NCBI GenBank assembly: GCA_964007735.1
Contig: CAXGAI010000019.1
Span: 1 to 64,000, forward strand
Length of the DNA stretch: 64,000 nucleotides
Direction: 5' to 3'
Origin: an uncultured Rhodopirellula sp.
GTDB lineage: Bacteria; Planctomycetota; Planctomycetia; Pirellulales; Pirellulaceae
Shown in pieces: positions 53,050 through 63,214 of the stretch (position 1 is its first letter; each line of letters opens with the position of its first letter). The notes beneath the pieces are model-generated. The model made no database searches, was not told the DNA's origin, and saw nothing but the letters and a program-made list of their open reading frames with translations. Position numbers and translations under genes: made by a program.

Positions 53050-54327
53050 ATGCCGACCGTAGGTGCGTTCCCAACATCACGTCAGGAAATTGCTGGCGTT
53101 TCCATCGCTGCCATTGCTCAGCAGTTTAGTACACCCACTTTTGTCTATGATGCCTCCATCATTGTCGAACGCATTGAAGATTTGAAGTCGTTTGACTTAG
53201 TGCGATATGCCCAGAAAGCCTGCTCTAATATAGCCATTTTGGATCTTGTCCGACGCAATGATGTCGTGGTTGATGCAGTCAGCGCCGGTGAAATTCATCG
53301 TGCGTTGCGAGCAGGTTATCAGGGAGGCATAAATTCCAAGGGCATCCACGAGATTGTTTATACCGCGGATATTTTCGATAAAGATGCGCTGGATCTGGTG
53401 GTGGAGCATGATATTCACGTTAACTGCGGCTCGCCGGATATGATTGATCAAGTGGGAATTCGAAAACCAGGAACTGAGATTACTTTACGATTAAATCCTG
53501 GATTTGGGCATGGTCATAGCCAGAAGACAAATACAGGTGGTCAACAATCAAAGCATGGGATCTGGCATCAGCAGATAGAAGATTGTAAGCAGCGAGCGGC
53601 TCAATATGACATTGCAATTACAGGGCTTCATATGCACATTGGCTCGGGAACGGATCTCGAACATTTGGCTCAGGTTTGCGGCGCGATGGAAAAGGCGGTT
53701 TGCGAGGTTGGCAACACGATTACGACCATCAGTGCTGGCGGTGGTCTTCCCGTTCCTTACAATGCAAAGCAGGCCTATGTTGATCTGGAAAAATATTTTG
53801 CGTTATGGGACGAGTCTCGAAAAAAGGTGGAAGTCGAACTTGGGCATTCAGTCAAATTGGAGATTGAACCGGGTCGGTATTTGGCAGCAGAGAGTGGCAG
53901 TTTGCTGACGGAAATTCGGGCGATCAAGATGATGGGCGAGAATATATTTTATTTGGTCGATGCTGGCTTTAATAACCTTGCCCGGCCAATTATGTATGGC
54001 TCGTACCACCCGATCTCTGTTGTCCCGTCAGATGATTCTCCACGCGAAGATGTTGACGTTGTTGTTGGTGGACCTCTTTGTGAATCCGGTGACATCTTTA
54101 CTCAGGAAGAAGGCGGATTTGTTAGCAAACGCAGTTTACCACAGGCTAATGTAGGTGAATATCTCGTGCTTGAATGTGCCGGTGCTTACGGTAGTGTGAT
54201 GGGCTCGAATTATAATTCAAAGCCATTGGCTGCTGAGGTCATGATTATAAATGGTGAAGCTCAGTTGATTCGCGCACGTCAGTCGTATGAAGATCTTATG
54301 CAAGGCGAACGTCTGCTCGACACCTAG
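53050..54327 (+). CDS. lysA: Diaminopimelate decarboxylase
   Basis: TPTFVYD, YAQKACSN, SKHG, HMHIGSG, EPGRYL, GPLCESGD, GAYG..MGSNYN. Confidence 0.96.
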   Translation: MPTVGAFPTSRQEIAGVSIAAIAQQFSTPTFVYDASIIVERIEDLKSFDLVRYAQKACSNIAILDLVRRNDVVVDAVSAGEIHRALRAGYQGGINSKGIHEIVYTADIFDKDALDLVVEHDIHVNCGSPDMIDQVGIRKPGTEITLRLNPGFGHGHSQKTNTGGQQSKHGIWHQQIEDCKQRAAQYDIAITGLHMHIGSGTDLEHLAQVCGAMEKAVCEVGNTITTISAGGGLPVPYNAKQAYVDLEKYFALWDESRKKVEVELGHSVKLEIEPGRYLAAESGSLLTEIRAIKMMGENIFYLVDAGFNNLARPIMYGSYHPISVVPSDDSPREDVDVVVGGPLCESGDIFTQEEGGFVSKRSLPQANVGEYLVLECAGAYGSVMGSNYNSKPLAAEVMIINGEAQLIRARQSYEDLMQGERLLDT

Positions 54328-54408
54328 TAGCACCATAGAGCGATTGTTTTCAGCAGTGAATGATGGATATATCTCGGTGAAGCACCCCAGAAACGCTATT
54401 GGCGGTGT

Positions 54409-54436
54409 TTGCCGCCGGCCGATGAGTATCTATAAT
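54409..54436 (+). promoter_or_regulatory. Sigma-70-type promoter of the ferredoxin gene
   Basis: TTGCCG-N16-TATAAT about 60 bp upstream of the start. Confidence 0.5.
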
Positions 54437-54498
54437 TAAAGTGTTCAAGAGCAGTTGTTTGGATGCTGCTTTGCAAACAAACATAATACAGAGGATTC

Positions 54499-54900
54499 AT
54501 GCCGATGAGCAAGAAGAAAGCTCCTCGCAAAAAAGTACCGAAGACACTGGCGGTGATCAATGCCGATAACTGTACAGGTTGCGAGTCATGTCGCGAAGTC
54601 TGTCCGGTAGATTGTATTGATTTTAATCAGATTGGACTTGGTACCAAAGGCAATCAAAGCTGGTGTGAAATTGATCTGGAACGTTGCGTAGGCTGTGAAG
54701 TCTGTGTACATATCCCGACTCAGAAATCCAATCCTTACGAATTAGTTGTTTGTCCCTGGGATGCGATTGAAATGGTACCCACGGAAAATGTAGCTCAGGT
54801 GGTGGCTCAAATTGGCGGGCCAACAGAATACGTTTATGAAAACTGGGATCGATTGGTCGGCACTGCTCAGCATCTGGCAGAATTGCGAGCTAGCAGTTAG
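54499..54900 (+). CDS. 4Fe-4S dicluster ferredoxin
   Basis: CTGCESCREVCP and CVGCEVC...VCPWDAI; GAGGA RBS. Confidence 0.9.
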   Translation: MPMSKKKAPRKKVPKTLAVINADNCTGCESCREVCPVDCIDFNQIGLGTKGNQSWCEIDLERCVGCEVCVHIPTQKSNPYELVVCPWDAIEMVPTENVAQVVAQIGGPTEYVYENWDRLVGTAQHLAELRASS

Positions 54901-55052
54901 TAGATAGATTGGCGGCATTCGTTTCCCGCTGGGCTCTCTTAGATATAGATATACAGGACGGTGCTGTCTGTCCTTTAGTCGGCTTATGAATGTAGTACAA
55001 TGCAACTTCAACGTGCGCGAAAACGTTTTGCAGGCATTGAGTTATTATATTT

Positions 55053-55982
55053 GTGAGCGATAAAACATTGAGTGATTGGGATCAGATTAATCAAGGTGAC
55101 TGCATCGAAGGTCTGAAACGCCTTGAGGATGGCTGCATTGATTTGGTATTTGCAGATCCGCCGTTCAACATAGGCTATGATTACGATGTTTATCAGGACG
55201 ATCTGGAAAACGACGAGTACTTGAATTGGACTCGGCAATGGATGGCAGAAGTTAAGCGAGTTTTAAAAGAGGATGGTTCGTTTTGGTTAGCGATTGGTGA
55301 TGAATATGCTGCGGAGCTGAAAGTCCTCATGCAGCGTGAATTGGGATTCACTTGTCGAAGCTGGGTGATTTGGTACTACACCTTTGGTGTTAACTGCACC
55401 AAAAAGTTTAATCGCTCGCATGCTCACTTGTTTCACATGGTGAAAGATCCAAAACAATTTACCTTTAACGCTGATGACGCTCGGGTGCCGTCGGCCCGTC
55501 AATTGGTTTATGGCGATAAGCGAGCGAATGCCAAAGGTAGGCTCCCTGACGACACTTGGGTACTAAGGCCTCAGGATCTGCCTGCGGGATTTAGTGCCGA
55601 CGACGATACATGGTATTTCCCACGGGTTGCCGGAACGTTTAAGGAACGTCAGGGATTTCATGGCTGCCAAATGCCGGAACAATTACTGGCGCGGATTATT
55701 CGGGTGTCCAGTAATATCGGGGAGGTGGTTGTTGATCCTTTTGGTGGTAGCGGGACGACTCTGGCTGTGGCTAAAAAACTCGATCGTCGGTATCTGGGAT
55801 TTGAACTATCAGACGATTACGTCCTTGCGATCAATACTCGTCTGGATGGAATTGCCGTCGGTGATGATCTTGCAGGTTCTCCGGAACCGCAGGTAAGCGC
55901 ACCCGCCACAGAAAATGGACGCCGCCAGGCGTCTCAGCAACAAGACTCCGGACAACAATCTTTACCAGGAATGGATGGATGA
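55053..55982 (+). CDS. Orphan N4-C/N6-A DNA methyltransferase (beta class)
   Basis: Catalytic DPPF precedes the SAM-binding DPFGGSGTT motif; no nuclease gene nearby. Confidence 0.92.
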   Translation: MSDKTLSDWDQINQGDCIEGLKRLEDGCIDLVFADPPFNIGYDYDVYQDDLENDEYLNWTRQWMAEVKRVLKEDGSFWLAIGDEYAAELKVLMQRELGFTCRSWVIWYYTFGVNCTKKFNRSHAHLFHMVKDPKQFTFNADDARVPSARQLVYGDKRANAKGRLPDDTWVLRPQDLPAGFSADDDTWYFPRVAGTFKERQGFHGCQMPEQLLARIIRVSSNIGEVVVDPFGGSGTTLAVAKKLDRRYLGFELSDDYVLAINTRLDGIAVGDDLAGSPEPQVSAPATENGRRQASQQQDSGQQSLPGMDG

Positions 55983-56800
55983 AATACGCGATTTGTAACG
56001 AGACGTTTCAGGATTGGCCTTTTGAAAAGGCCTTTAAATATGCAAAGGAGCTTGGCTATGAGGCCCTTGAATTTGCACCTTTTACTATTCATGACGATGC
56101 CTATCAAATCAGTGCAGAACGACGACTTGAAGTACGACATTTAGCAGAGGAGAACGGCCTGCAAATCATTGGACTGCATTGGTTACTCGCCAAGACCGAA
56201 GGTTATTATCTAACAACTGCAGATGCAGACGTGCGAAAACGGACGGCCGACTACATTGCTGAATTGGCTCGGCTCTGTAGTGATATGGGCGGCAGCGTCA
56301 TGGTGTTGGGTTCTCCGCAACAACGAAATTTACTACCGGGAATAGACCATGATCAGGCACTTGATTATGCAGCCGATGTCCTGAAACAGGCGGCCCCTGT
56401 CTTTGAAGAGCGGGGAGTGATTCTGGCAGTCGAGCCGTTGTCGCCGCTAGAAGGAGACTTCCTGTTAACGGCAGATCAGGGGGCCGATCTTTGTAGTCGT
56501 GTTAATCATACGAACGTACAGCTTCATTTGGATGTCAAAGCGATGTGTTCAATGGGTGAGCCTGTTGACGACATTATCCGTAAGCATGCGGGAATCACAG
56601 CCCATTTTCATGCTAATGATGAAAACCTACGGGGACCTGGCATGGGAGAAGTAGACTTTTTACCCATCATGCAGGCCTTAAAAGATACTGGCTATGATGG
56701 CTGGGTAAGTGTTGAAGTGTTTGATTACGAGCCAGGAATTGAAGCACTAGCGAGTGAGAGTATCACCCATCTCAAAAAGATTGAAAGTCAGCTCGTTTAG
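55979..56800 (+). CDS. Sugar phosphate isomerase/epimerase (xylose-isomerase-like TIM barrel)
   Basis: [38 protein letters not shown]. Confidence 0.9.
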   Translation: MKYAICNETFQDWPFEKAFKYAKELGYEALEFAPFTIHDDAYQISAERRLEVRHLAEENGLQIIGLHWLLAKTEGYYLTTADADVRKRTADYIAELARLCSDMGGSVMVLGSPQQRNLLPGIDHDQALDYAADVLKQAAPVFEERGVILAVEPLSPLEGDFLLTADQGADLCSRVNHTNVQLHLDVKAMCSMGEPVDDIIRKHAGITAHFHANDENLRGPGMGEVDFLPIMQALKDTGYDGWVSVEVFDYEPGIEALASESITHLKKIESQLV

Positions 56801-56812
56801 CGAGAATGCAAG

Positions 56813-57985
56813 GTGGCAACGATGGAAGATTGGAAGGAGATCCTTTTCTGGGTAACCTGGTTTCATTTTTTTGCGATACTGCTTTGGGAAATCTTAGGGC
56901 ACTACGCCTTCTTTCGAATTCCCTATTTACGACAATCAGATTATGACGAACCTCGGCAGTGGCCAAGCGTAGCAATTATTTTTGCAGCAAAAGATGAACA
57001 GCGAGAGATCGAACAAGCTGTTTGTAGCATGCTCAAGGTTGAGTATCCGAATCTAAAATATATCGCCGTTAATGATCGGTCGACGGATCAGACGGGGAAT
57101 ATTCTTGATCGTCTTGCTGCGAAAGATGAGCGATTAAAAGTTGTTCATGTCCAAGAGCTGCCGGATGGCTGGTTGGGTAAGAACAATGCTTTGCATCAGG
57201 CCGCTGTTGCAACAGATACGGATTATCTTCTTTTTACAGATGCGGATGTTTCCTTTGACGTTGAATGTGTTAAGCGAGCCATTGGTTACACAGAACATCA
57301 CGGCGTAGATCATTTGACGATGTTCCCCAAGGTTCCAATGCCTGGCTTGTTGCTGAATGCTTTCGTGGTATTCTTTTTCAAGACTTTTGTTCTCTACTAT
57401 CGGGCCTGGCGGGTTTCCAATCCCAAGAGTAAAGCGTTCCTGGGGATAGGGGCATTTAACCTTGTCCGTAATCAGGCCTTTCGGGAAGTCGGTGGCTTCG
57501 CTCGTATCCGCATGGAAGTCGTGGATGATTTATGGCTTGGCAAACTGATGAAGCAAGGTGGGTTTCGGCAACAGGTGTTAATAGCGAGGGACGATCTTAG
57601 CGTTCCCTGGTATGGCTCCATCAGAGAAATGATTGTTGGGTTGGATAAGAACACCTATGCGGGCGTTAACTACAATCCAATTCTCTGGGTGGCGATGATT
57701 CTTGGGATGGGATTCGCGTTTTTCTGGCCCTTTGTTGCGATTTTCTTTTGCGAGGGACAACTTCAGGTTTTGTTTGCGTGGATTTGTGTCGTGTTGATGG
57801 TTTCCTCTGGATGGATGGCGATACGTATGCAGATCACTCCTTTCATTGCAGTTTGCGTTCCCTTTATTGTGGCAATATTCATTTTCACAATTACGAGGGC
57901 AGGAATTATCTTTTATATTCGCGGTGGGATAAAATGGCGGGATACCTTGTATACAAAAGAACAACTGCAAAGTGGACGATTATAG
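56813..57985 (+). CDS. Membrane GT2 glycosyltransferase (hopanoid/carotenoid glucosyltransferase-like)
   Basis: AKDE, VNDRSTDQT, LPDGWLGK, FTDADV, VDDL.LG, I.WRD.LY. Confidence 0.88.
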   Translation: MATMEDWKEILFWVTWFHFFAILLWEILGHYAFFRIPYLRQSDYDEPRQWPSVAIIFAAKDEQREIEQAVCSMLKVEYPNLKYIAVNDRSTDQTGNILDRLAAKDERLKVVHVQELPDGWLGKNNALHQAAVATDTDYLLFTDADVSFDVECVKRAIGYTEHHGVDHLTMFPKVPMPGLLLNAFVVFFFKTFVLYYRAWRVSNPKSKAFLGIGAFNLVRNQAFREVGGFARIRMEVVDDLWLGKLMKQGGFRQQVLIARDDLSVPWYGSIREMIVGLDKNTYAGVNYNPILWVAMILGMGFAFFWPFVAIFFCEGQLQVLFAWICVVLMVSSGWMAIRMQITPFIAVCVPFIVAIFIFTITRAGIIFYIRGGIKWRDTLYTKEQLQSGRL

Positions 57986-57997
57986 GAGCTTGATTCG

Positions 57998-59365
57998 ATG
58001 AGCTATCGACGTTTAGCGTTACTGATTTGTGCGTTGTTTCTAACATCGTCATTGATGGCGGCACCAAGCTGGCAGGCGGGATCTGCGAGAATTAAACTTA
58101 CGCCGGAACAGTTTATGTGGATGTCCGGCTATGGTGGTCGTACTGTTCCAGCAGATGGCAAGCTGACTGATATCTGGGCGAAGGCACTTGTATTGCGAGA
58201 CGCCAAAGGAAAAGATGCTGTCCTGATCACGGCAGATTTGATTGGTATTGGCGCGGAGTCAACGAAATGGATAGCAGGGCAGCTAAAGAAGAATCATGGT
58301 CTGGAACGGGCACAGTTTGCGATCGCAACGTCACATACACATACGGGGCCCGCACTGTCGGATAATCTTGTGCCGCTACATTATCTGCGGGCCGATGAAG
58401 TGCAGCAGAATCGAATTGTCCAGTACACTTTAAAATTGCGACAGATGTTAGTGGATGTGGTAGGCCAGGCTTATCAGGATTTGGAGCCAGTTTATATGAC
58501 TTCAGGTAATGGTCTTTGTACGGTTGCTGTCAATCGACGTACCAATACCGAGTCACAGGTTCCCCAGAAACGTCTTGAGGGAATGCTTAACGGGCCTTAC
58601 GATCACGATGTTCCGGTTCTTGCCGTCCGGAATGCAGATTACGAACTAAAAACAGTTGTATTTGGATATGCCTGCCATTCCACCGTCCTGTCGTTCACTA
58701 AATGGTCTGGAGATTACCCGGGATTTGCGCAATTAGCGTTGGAAACAATGTATCCTGACGTGGACGCTATGTTTTGGGCTGGTTGCGGAGCAGATCAAAA
58801 CCCCTTGCCCCGGCGAACGGTTGAATTGGCGAAGCATTACGGACAGCGGGTAGCGCAAAGTGTAGACAGTGTTTTGCGAGGAAGCATGGTTCCTGTCGAA
58901 AGCCAATTGGTCGCTTACTACAAAGAGATCGAAGGGAAGACTCAGGCGCCAATGACTCAAGAGAAGCTCAAGGAATTGTTGGCAACCGGTAATCAATATG
59001 AAAAGCCTTATGCTCAGTACTTGCTGAAGCAGTTAAATGATAAAGGCACACTACCGACTTCTTATCCTTACCCGATTCAGACCTGGCATTTGGGAGAGAT
59101 TCGCATGGTTTTTTTGGGTGGAGAAGTGGTTGTTGATTATGCGGTAAAGCTCAAGCAGCTTCAGGCCGGAGTTAAGAATCCCAATGTATGGGTGGCAGGC
59201 TACGCGAATGATGTGATGGCTTATATACCGTCCACCCGCGTTTTACGAGAGGGTGGTTATGAAGGCGGCGGTTCGAATACCTACTACGGCTTCCCGGCGT
59301 TATGGAGTGAAGAATTTGAGGGCCAGATTCTTGCAGAGACCCGTCGACAAATGAGTATTAAATAA
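57998..59365 (+). CDS. Exported neutral/alkaline ceramidase-domain protein
   Basis: Signal peptide, MSGYG.R, TSHTHTGP, NRR, YACHST, SGDYPG, GCGADQNP, GYAND...YIP. Confidence 0.82.
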   Translation: MSYRRLALLICALFLTSSLMAAPSWQAGSARIKLTPEQFMWMSGYGGRTVPADGKLTDIWAKALVLRDAKGKDAVLITADLIGIGAESTKWIAGQLKKNHGLERAQFAIATSHTHTGPALSDNLVPLHYLRADEVQQNRIVQYTLKLRQMLVDVVGQAYQDLEPVYMTSGNGLCTVAVNRRTNTESQVPQKRLEGMLNGPYDHDVPVLAVRNADYELKTVVFGYACHSTVLSFTKWSGDYPGFAQLALETMYPDVDAMFWAGCGADQNPLPRRTVELAKHYGQRVAQSVDSVLRGSMVPVESQLVAYYKEIEGKTQAPMTQEKLKELLATGNQYEKPYAQYLLKQLNDKGTLPTSYPYPIQTWHLGEIRMVFLGGEVVVDYAVKLKQLQAGVKNPNVWVAGYANDVMAYIPSTRVLREGGYEGGGSNTYYGFPALWSEEFEGQILAETRRQMSIK

Positions 59366-59380
59366 CCCGTCGGTTCAGCG

Positions 59381-60175
59381 ATGACAAAAATTGGTTGGGC
59401 AACAGATATTCATCTTAGTGTTTGTAATGATACGACACGCCAGAATTTCTATCATGACGTTCGTTCGGCTGGCCTCGACCAACTTTGGTTAGGCGGTGAT
59501 ATTGGCGAAGCGGATAATATTGAAAGCCTGCTCTGCGAATTAATTTTGCAAGTAGAAACGCCAGTAGCTTTTGTCCTGGGAAACCACGACTTCTACTTTG
59601 GAAGTATTCAGGATGTTCGTGCATTGGCGGACCAGCTTTGTGCGCGATTTCAGAATATGGTCTATCTTAGCCATAGCCGCGTTCAGCAAGTAACTTCCAG
59701 TATCGGCCTGGTTGGGCATGACGGCTGGGCAGATGGCCGTATTGGAAACTTTGAAACGAGCATGGTTATGATGCATGACTATCGGCATATTGAAGAGCTA
59801 TCAGGCTATGACAAACTTGACCGATGGGAACATATGAAACAACAAGGCGATTTGGCTGCTCGCCATTTATACGACGTTTTACCCGAGGCGATGGAAACGT
59901 ATGAGGAAACCTATCTTGTTACGCATCTACCGCCCCTGCGAGAGGCCTGTTGGTATGACGGGAATATAGCAGACGATGAGTGGGCTCCGCATTTCACCTG
60001 TCAAGCTGTCGGTGATGCTATCCTGGCAATCGCCTCTCAGTATTCCTCCAAGTTGACAGTTCTGTGTGGCCATACGCATAGCCCGGGTGTTTGCCAACCG
60101 GCTTCCAATGTTACGATCTACACGGATGGGGCTGAGTATGAAAAGCCAAAGCTAAACCGAATCATTGAGCTGTAG
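59381..60175 (+). CDS. Calcineurin-like metallophosphoesterase
   Basis: TDIH, GGD, LGNHD, THLPP, CGHTH. Confidence 0.9.
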   Translation: MTKIGWATDIHLSVCNDTTRQNFYHDVRSAGLDQLWLGGDIGEADNIESLLCELILQVETPVAFVLGNHDFYFGSIQDVRALADQLCARFQNMVYLSHSRVQQVTSSIGLVGHDGWADGRIGNFETSMVMMHDYRHIEELSGYDKLDRWEHMKQQGDLAARHLYDVLPEAMETYEETYLVTHLPPLREACWYDGNIADDEWAPHFTCQAVGDAILAIASQYSSKLTVLCGHTHSPGVCQPASNVTIYTDGAEYEKPKLNRIIEL

Positions 60176-60210
60176 GCGGTAGCAGGCAGACAGCATCAGG
60201 GGCGTTTACT

Positions 60211-61488
60211 TTATGCTCTTGGGAAGGGGAATGGGAGGACTTCGGAGATAGAGTCTTTCCCGAGCGCGAGCATCGCCAGACGGTCAAAGCCCAGAGCAAC
60301 TCCACAGCAGTCGGGCAAACCATATCGCATCGCTTCAGCTAAATAACTATCAACGGGAAGGGCAGGCCGATCATCCAGTTGACGAAGGGCATTCGTCTTC
60401 AAATTGCGCTGATGTAATTCATCAGGATCTAATAACTCGTGATATCCGTTTGCTAATTCAATGCCGTCCACAAACAATTCAAACCGTTCTGCTACCAGTG
60501 GATTATCAGGGTGTATTCGAGCGAGAGCAGCCTGACTGGAGGGATACTCAGAAAGAATACAGGGCTTCCCAATGCCAAGACGAGGTTGAATGAACTCAGT
60601 CAACAGAAGATCGAGCCAGTCGTCTTTGCCCATCGCCCGCCAATTCTGAGGAATTTCAAACTCAAGAGATGCGATCGCATTCATGAGTTCTTGCTCTCCC
60701 ATCTCCAACGGATCAACACTCAGAAAATTCTGGAATGCTTCGCGATAGGTGATCGTTTCATAGTCGTTGTAAGGCAACAGTGTTGTGGCCAGTTTACCCA
60801 GAAACTGTATCGCTTCCTCGGTGGTATCTCCCACACGATACCATTCGACCATGGTGAACTCTAGATTATGTAACATCCCTTGTTCTTCATCACGAAAGGC
60901 CCGACCAACCTGAAAGATGGAATTCATACCGGAAGCCAGCAACCGCTTCATTCCAAATTCCGGCGATGTTTGCAGCCAATACGGCTTGCCACAGATTTCA
61001 ACCTTGAGAGGATGTAGAAAGCGATCAACGACGGTGTCCGCCGAAAGCGTCGGCGTTTCCACTTCATCAAACCCGGCATCATAAAAGAGTTCTCGCAACT
61101 GTCTCAGAAGGATACTGCGAGCCTTAAGTGTTTCAATGCTGGCTGTCGAACGAAAGTTGTTCAGCTCCATCGTGCCAGAATGACTATCGACCGCTGAGAA
61201 GCGAGCGTAAAACTTCAACTCCAGATCGGCGATTTTGATCAGGTCACCATCGGCTAACGTGACCTCTTGTTTCAAGGGGGTATTGTTGACAAATGTACCA
61301 TTGGCACTATCAAGATCTTGAATCGTAACAGTCTCAGCGAGGACATTCAGGCAGGCATGTTGTCTGCTAACAGCGCTCAGGGCGATTTGAATAGCCGCCT
61401 CTCCATCACGTCCAACAACATTCGGGCCTGCAGACAGCTCAAATAGCTGTCCCTGATCGAGTCCATTGGTGATGATTAGGTAGGCCAT
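60211..61488 (-). CDS. epmA: EF-P beta-lysine ligase EpmA with an N-terminal FHA domain
   Basis: Residues 1-93 are FHA (VGR, VSRQH, DLDSANGTFVN, L.DGD.I.I). From about residue 107 EpmA motifs follow (EVETP, LQTSPEFGMKRLL, HNLEFTMVEWY, ERFELFVDGIELANG, GVALGFDRL). Directly downstream of efp. Confidence 0.93.
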   Translation of the reverse strand: MAYLIITNGLDQGQLFELSAGPNVVGRDGEAAIQIALSAVSRQHACLNVLAETVTIQDLDSANGTFVNNTPLKQEVTLADGDLIKIADLELKFYARFSAVDSHSGTMELNNFRSTASIETLKARSILLRQLRELFYDAGFDEVETPTLSADTVVDRFLHPLKVEICGKPYWLQTSPEFGMKRLLASGMNSIFQVGRAFRDEEQGMLHNLEFTMVEWYRVGDTTEEAIQFLGKLATTLLPYNDYETITYREAFQNFLSVDPLEMGEQELMNAIASLEFEIPQNWRAMGKDDWLDLLLTEFIQPRLGIGKPCILSEYPSSQAALARIHPDNPLVAERFELFVDGIELANGYHELLDPDELHQRNLKTNALRQLDDRPALPVDSYLAEAMRYGLPDCCGVALGFDRLAMLALGKDSISEVLPFPFPRA

Positions 61489-61509
61489 AGTTCAGGCCTC
61501 GTCGACAGA

Positions 61510-62082
61510 CTATTTGACGCTTGCGCGTTCCACATAGTCACCGGTACGAGTATCTACTTTGATAATATTGCCCATTTCAATAAACGCAGGGCAAATGATT
61601 TCAGCCCCGGTTTCAACTTTAACCGGTTTTGTCACATTCGTTGCAGTATCCCCCTTCGCGCCGGGCTCACAGAATTCAACGGTTAGCTGGACATGATTTG
61701 GAGGAGTGATGGTGATGGGGTTTCCATTCCAAAGAACAGCATGACACTTCATGCCTTCTTTGAGGTATTTCCAGTAGTCACCGACCTGATCTTCAGACAG
61801 TTCATATTGATCGAAATCAGTACTGTTCATGAAGTAGAACGTGTCGGTCTGACGGTACAGAAACTGGCAATCTATTTCTTCGACATCAGCCGCTTCCAGT
61901 GAGTCGCCACCTTTGTAAGTGCGATCCAGGACTGTGCCACGAATTAGGTTTCGCAATTTACATTTGTAAAGAGCGTTTCCTTTTCCGGGCTTCACGAAAT
62001 TCATCTCGATCATTAGATAAGGCTCATTGTCGATTTCGACACGAAGACCTTTGCGAAAATCGTTGGTTTTATAGCTTGCCAC
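61510..62082 (-). CDS. efp: Elongation factor P
   Basis: FVKPGKG loop with the modifiable Lys, PGAKGDTA, KVETG, KVDTRTG.YVER. Confidence 0.97.
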   Translation of the reverse strand: MASYKTNDFRKGLRVEIDNEPYLMIEMNFVKPGKGNALYKCKLRNLIRGTVLDRTYKGGDSLEAADVEEIDCQFLYRQTDTFYFMNSTDFDQYELSEDQVGDYWKYLKEGMKCHAVLWNGNPITITPPNHVQLTVEFCEPGAKGDTATNVTKPVKVETGAEIICPAFIEMGNIIKVDTRTGDYVERASVK

Positions 62083-62177
62083 GGCTCACTTTTTCCTTGT
62101 TGATTGTCAGTTGATTTACTTTTGGGCTGGTACAATCGAGTGATTCAATCCAACTCTATCAAGTGTTTACTATAACC

Positions 62178-63200
62178 ATGACGTCTCACTTATCACAGAC
62201 CAAACCGGCGGCTACCGTAGCGTCGCGAGAGGAGATTTCATGGCAGCAGGAAATGAAGCAGGCGATTCGCTCTTCCGGTGGATTATGCGAGTTTTTAAAG
62301 ATTCCGCCTGCCGCCATCGACGTGGAGGAGAATGACTTTCCGGTCTTTGTGCCACGTTCGTTTGCAGCGCGGATGAACCCAGGTGATCCAGCCGACCCGT
62401 TGTTGCTCCAGGTTATCGCTCAGGCCCAGGAGTCCTTGCCAATAGACGGCTATGAAAAAGACCCAAATGGAGAGGCGACAGCTGTTCTCGCCGCCGGCGT
62501 TCTAAGAAAATATTCTTCTCGTGCGTTGATGATCACATCCGGGGCGTGCGCAGTCCATTGCCGCTATTGTTTTCGTCGGCACTATCCCTATTCGGACAGC
62601 CCGTCAGGGCTCGAGCAATGGCGGCAATCGTTGGAGGCCATTGCGCAGGATACGAACATCGAGGAAGTAATTCTAAGTGGTGGAGACCCTTTAGTAATGT
62701 CCGACCAGAGTATTGGGCAGTTGCTCAGTGCACTGGCAGATATATCGCATGTAAAGCATGTCCGGTTTCATACGCGGACTCCGGTGATCATTGCTTCGCG
62801 AATTACGCCAACGCTCCTTCTTTATTTGAAGTCCACCCGATTGAAAGTCTGGTTTGTGATTCATTCGAATCATGCTAATGAACTGGACGGGGAAGTTCTT
62901 ACGAGTCTCGCTAAATTGCAGCAGATTGGTATTCCAGTTCTAAATCAAGCGGTGCTTTTGCGAAGAGTTAATGACAGCGAAGATGCGTTGTATGGATTGT
63001 GCAAACGATTGATCGATGCACAGATTACTCCCTACTATTTGCATCAACTTGATGAGGTGGCAGGTGCGGCACACTTTTATGTTTCGCCTGACCGAGGAAG
63101 AGAATTGATTGCTGCAATTAGGAAGCGTTTGCCCGGTTATGCCGTACCGCGGTATGTGAAAGAGATCGCAGGCGAACAATCGAAAACAGTTTTAGCATAA
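62178..63200 (+). CDS. epmB: EF-P beta-lysylation lysine 2,3-aminomutase (radical SAM)
   Basis: DPLLLQV, CAVHCRYCFRR, ILSGGDPL, HSNHANE, NQAVLL, PYYLHQLD; divergent from efp. Confidence 0.93.
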   Translation: MTSHLSQTKPAATVASREEISWQQEMKQAIRSSGGLCEFLKIPPAAIDVEENDFPVFVPRSFAARMNPGDPADPLLLQVIAQAQESLPIDGYEKDPNGEATAVLAAGVLRKYSSRALMITSGACAVHCRYCFRRHYPYSDSPSGLEQWRQSLEAIAQDTNIEEVILSGGDPLVMSDQSIGQLLSALADISHVKHVRFHTRTPVIIASRITPTLLLYLKSTRLKVWFVIHSNHANELDGEVLTSLAKLQQIGIPVLNQAVLLRRVNDSEDALYGLCKRLIDAQITPYYLHQLDEVAGAAHFYVSPDRGRELIAAIRKRLPGYAVPRYVKEIAGEQSKTVLA

Positions 63201-63214
63201 GGACAGTTGAGAAA

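Noticed and set aside
59381..60175. Metallophosphoesterase as the phosphatase partner of FHA-EpmA
   Set aside because: It is convergent, belongs to another operon and shows no protein-phosphatase-specific motifs; adjacency alone is not evidence.
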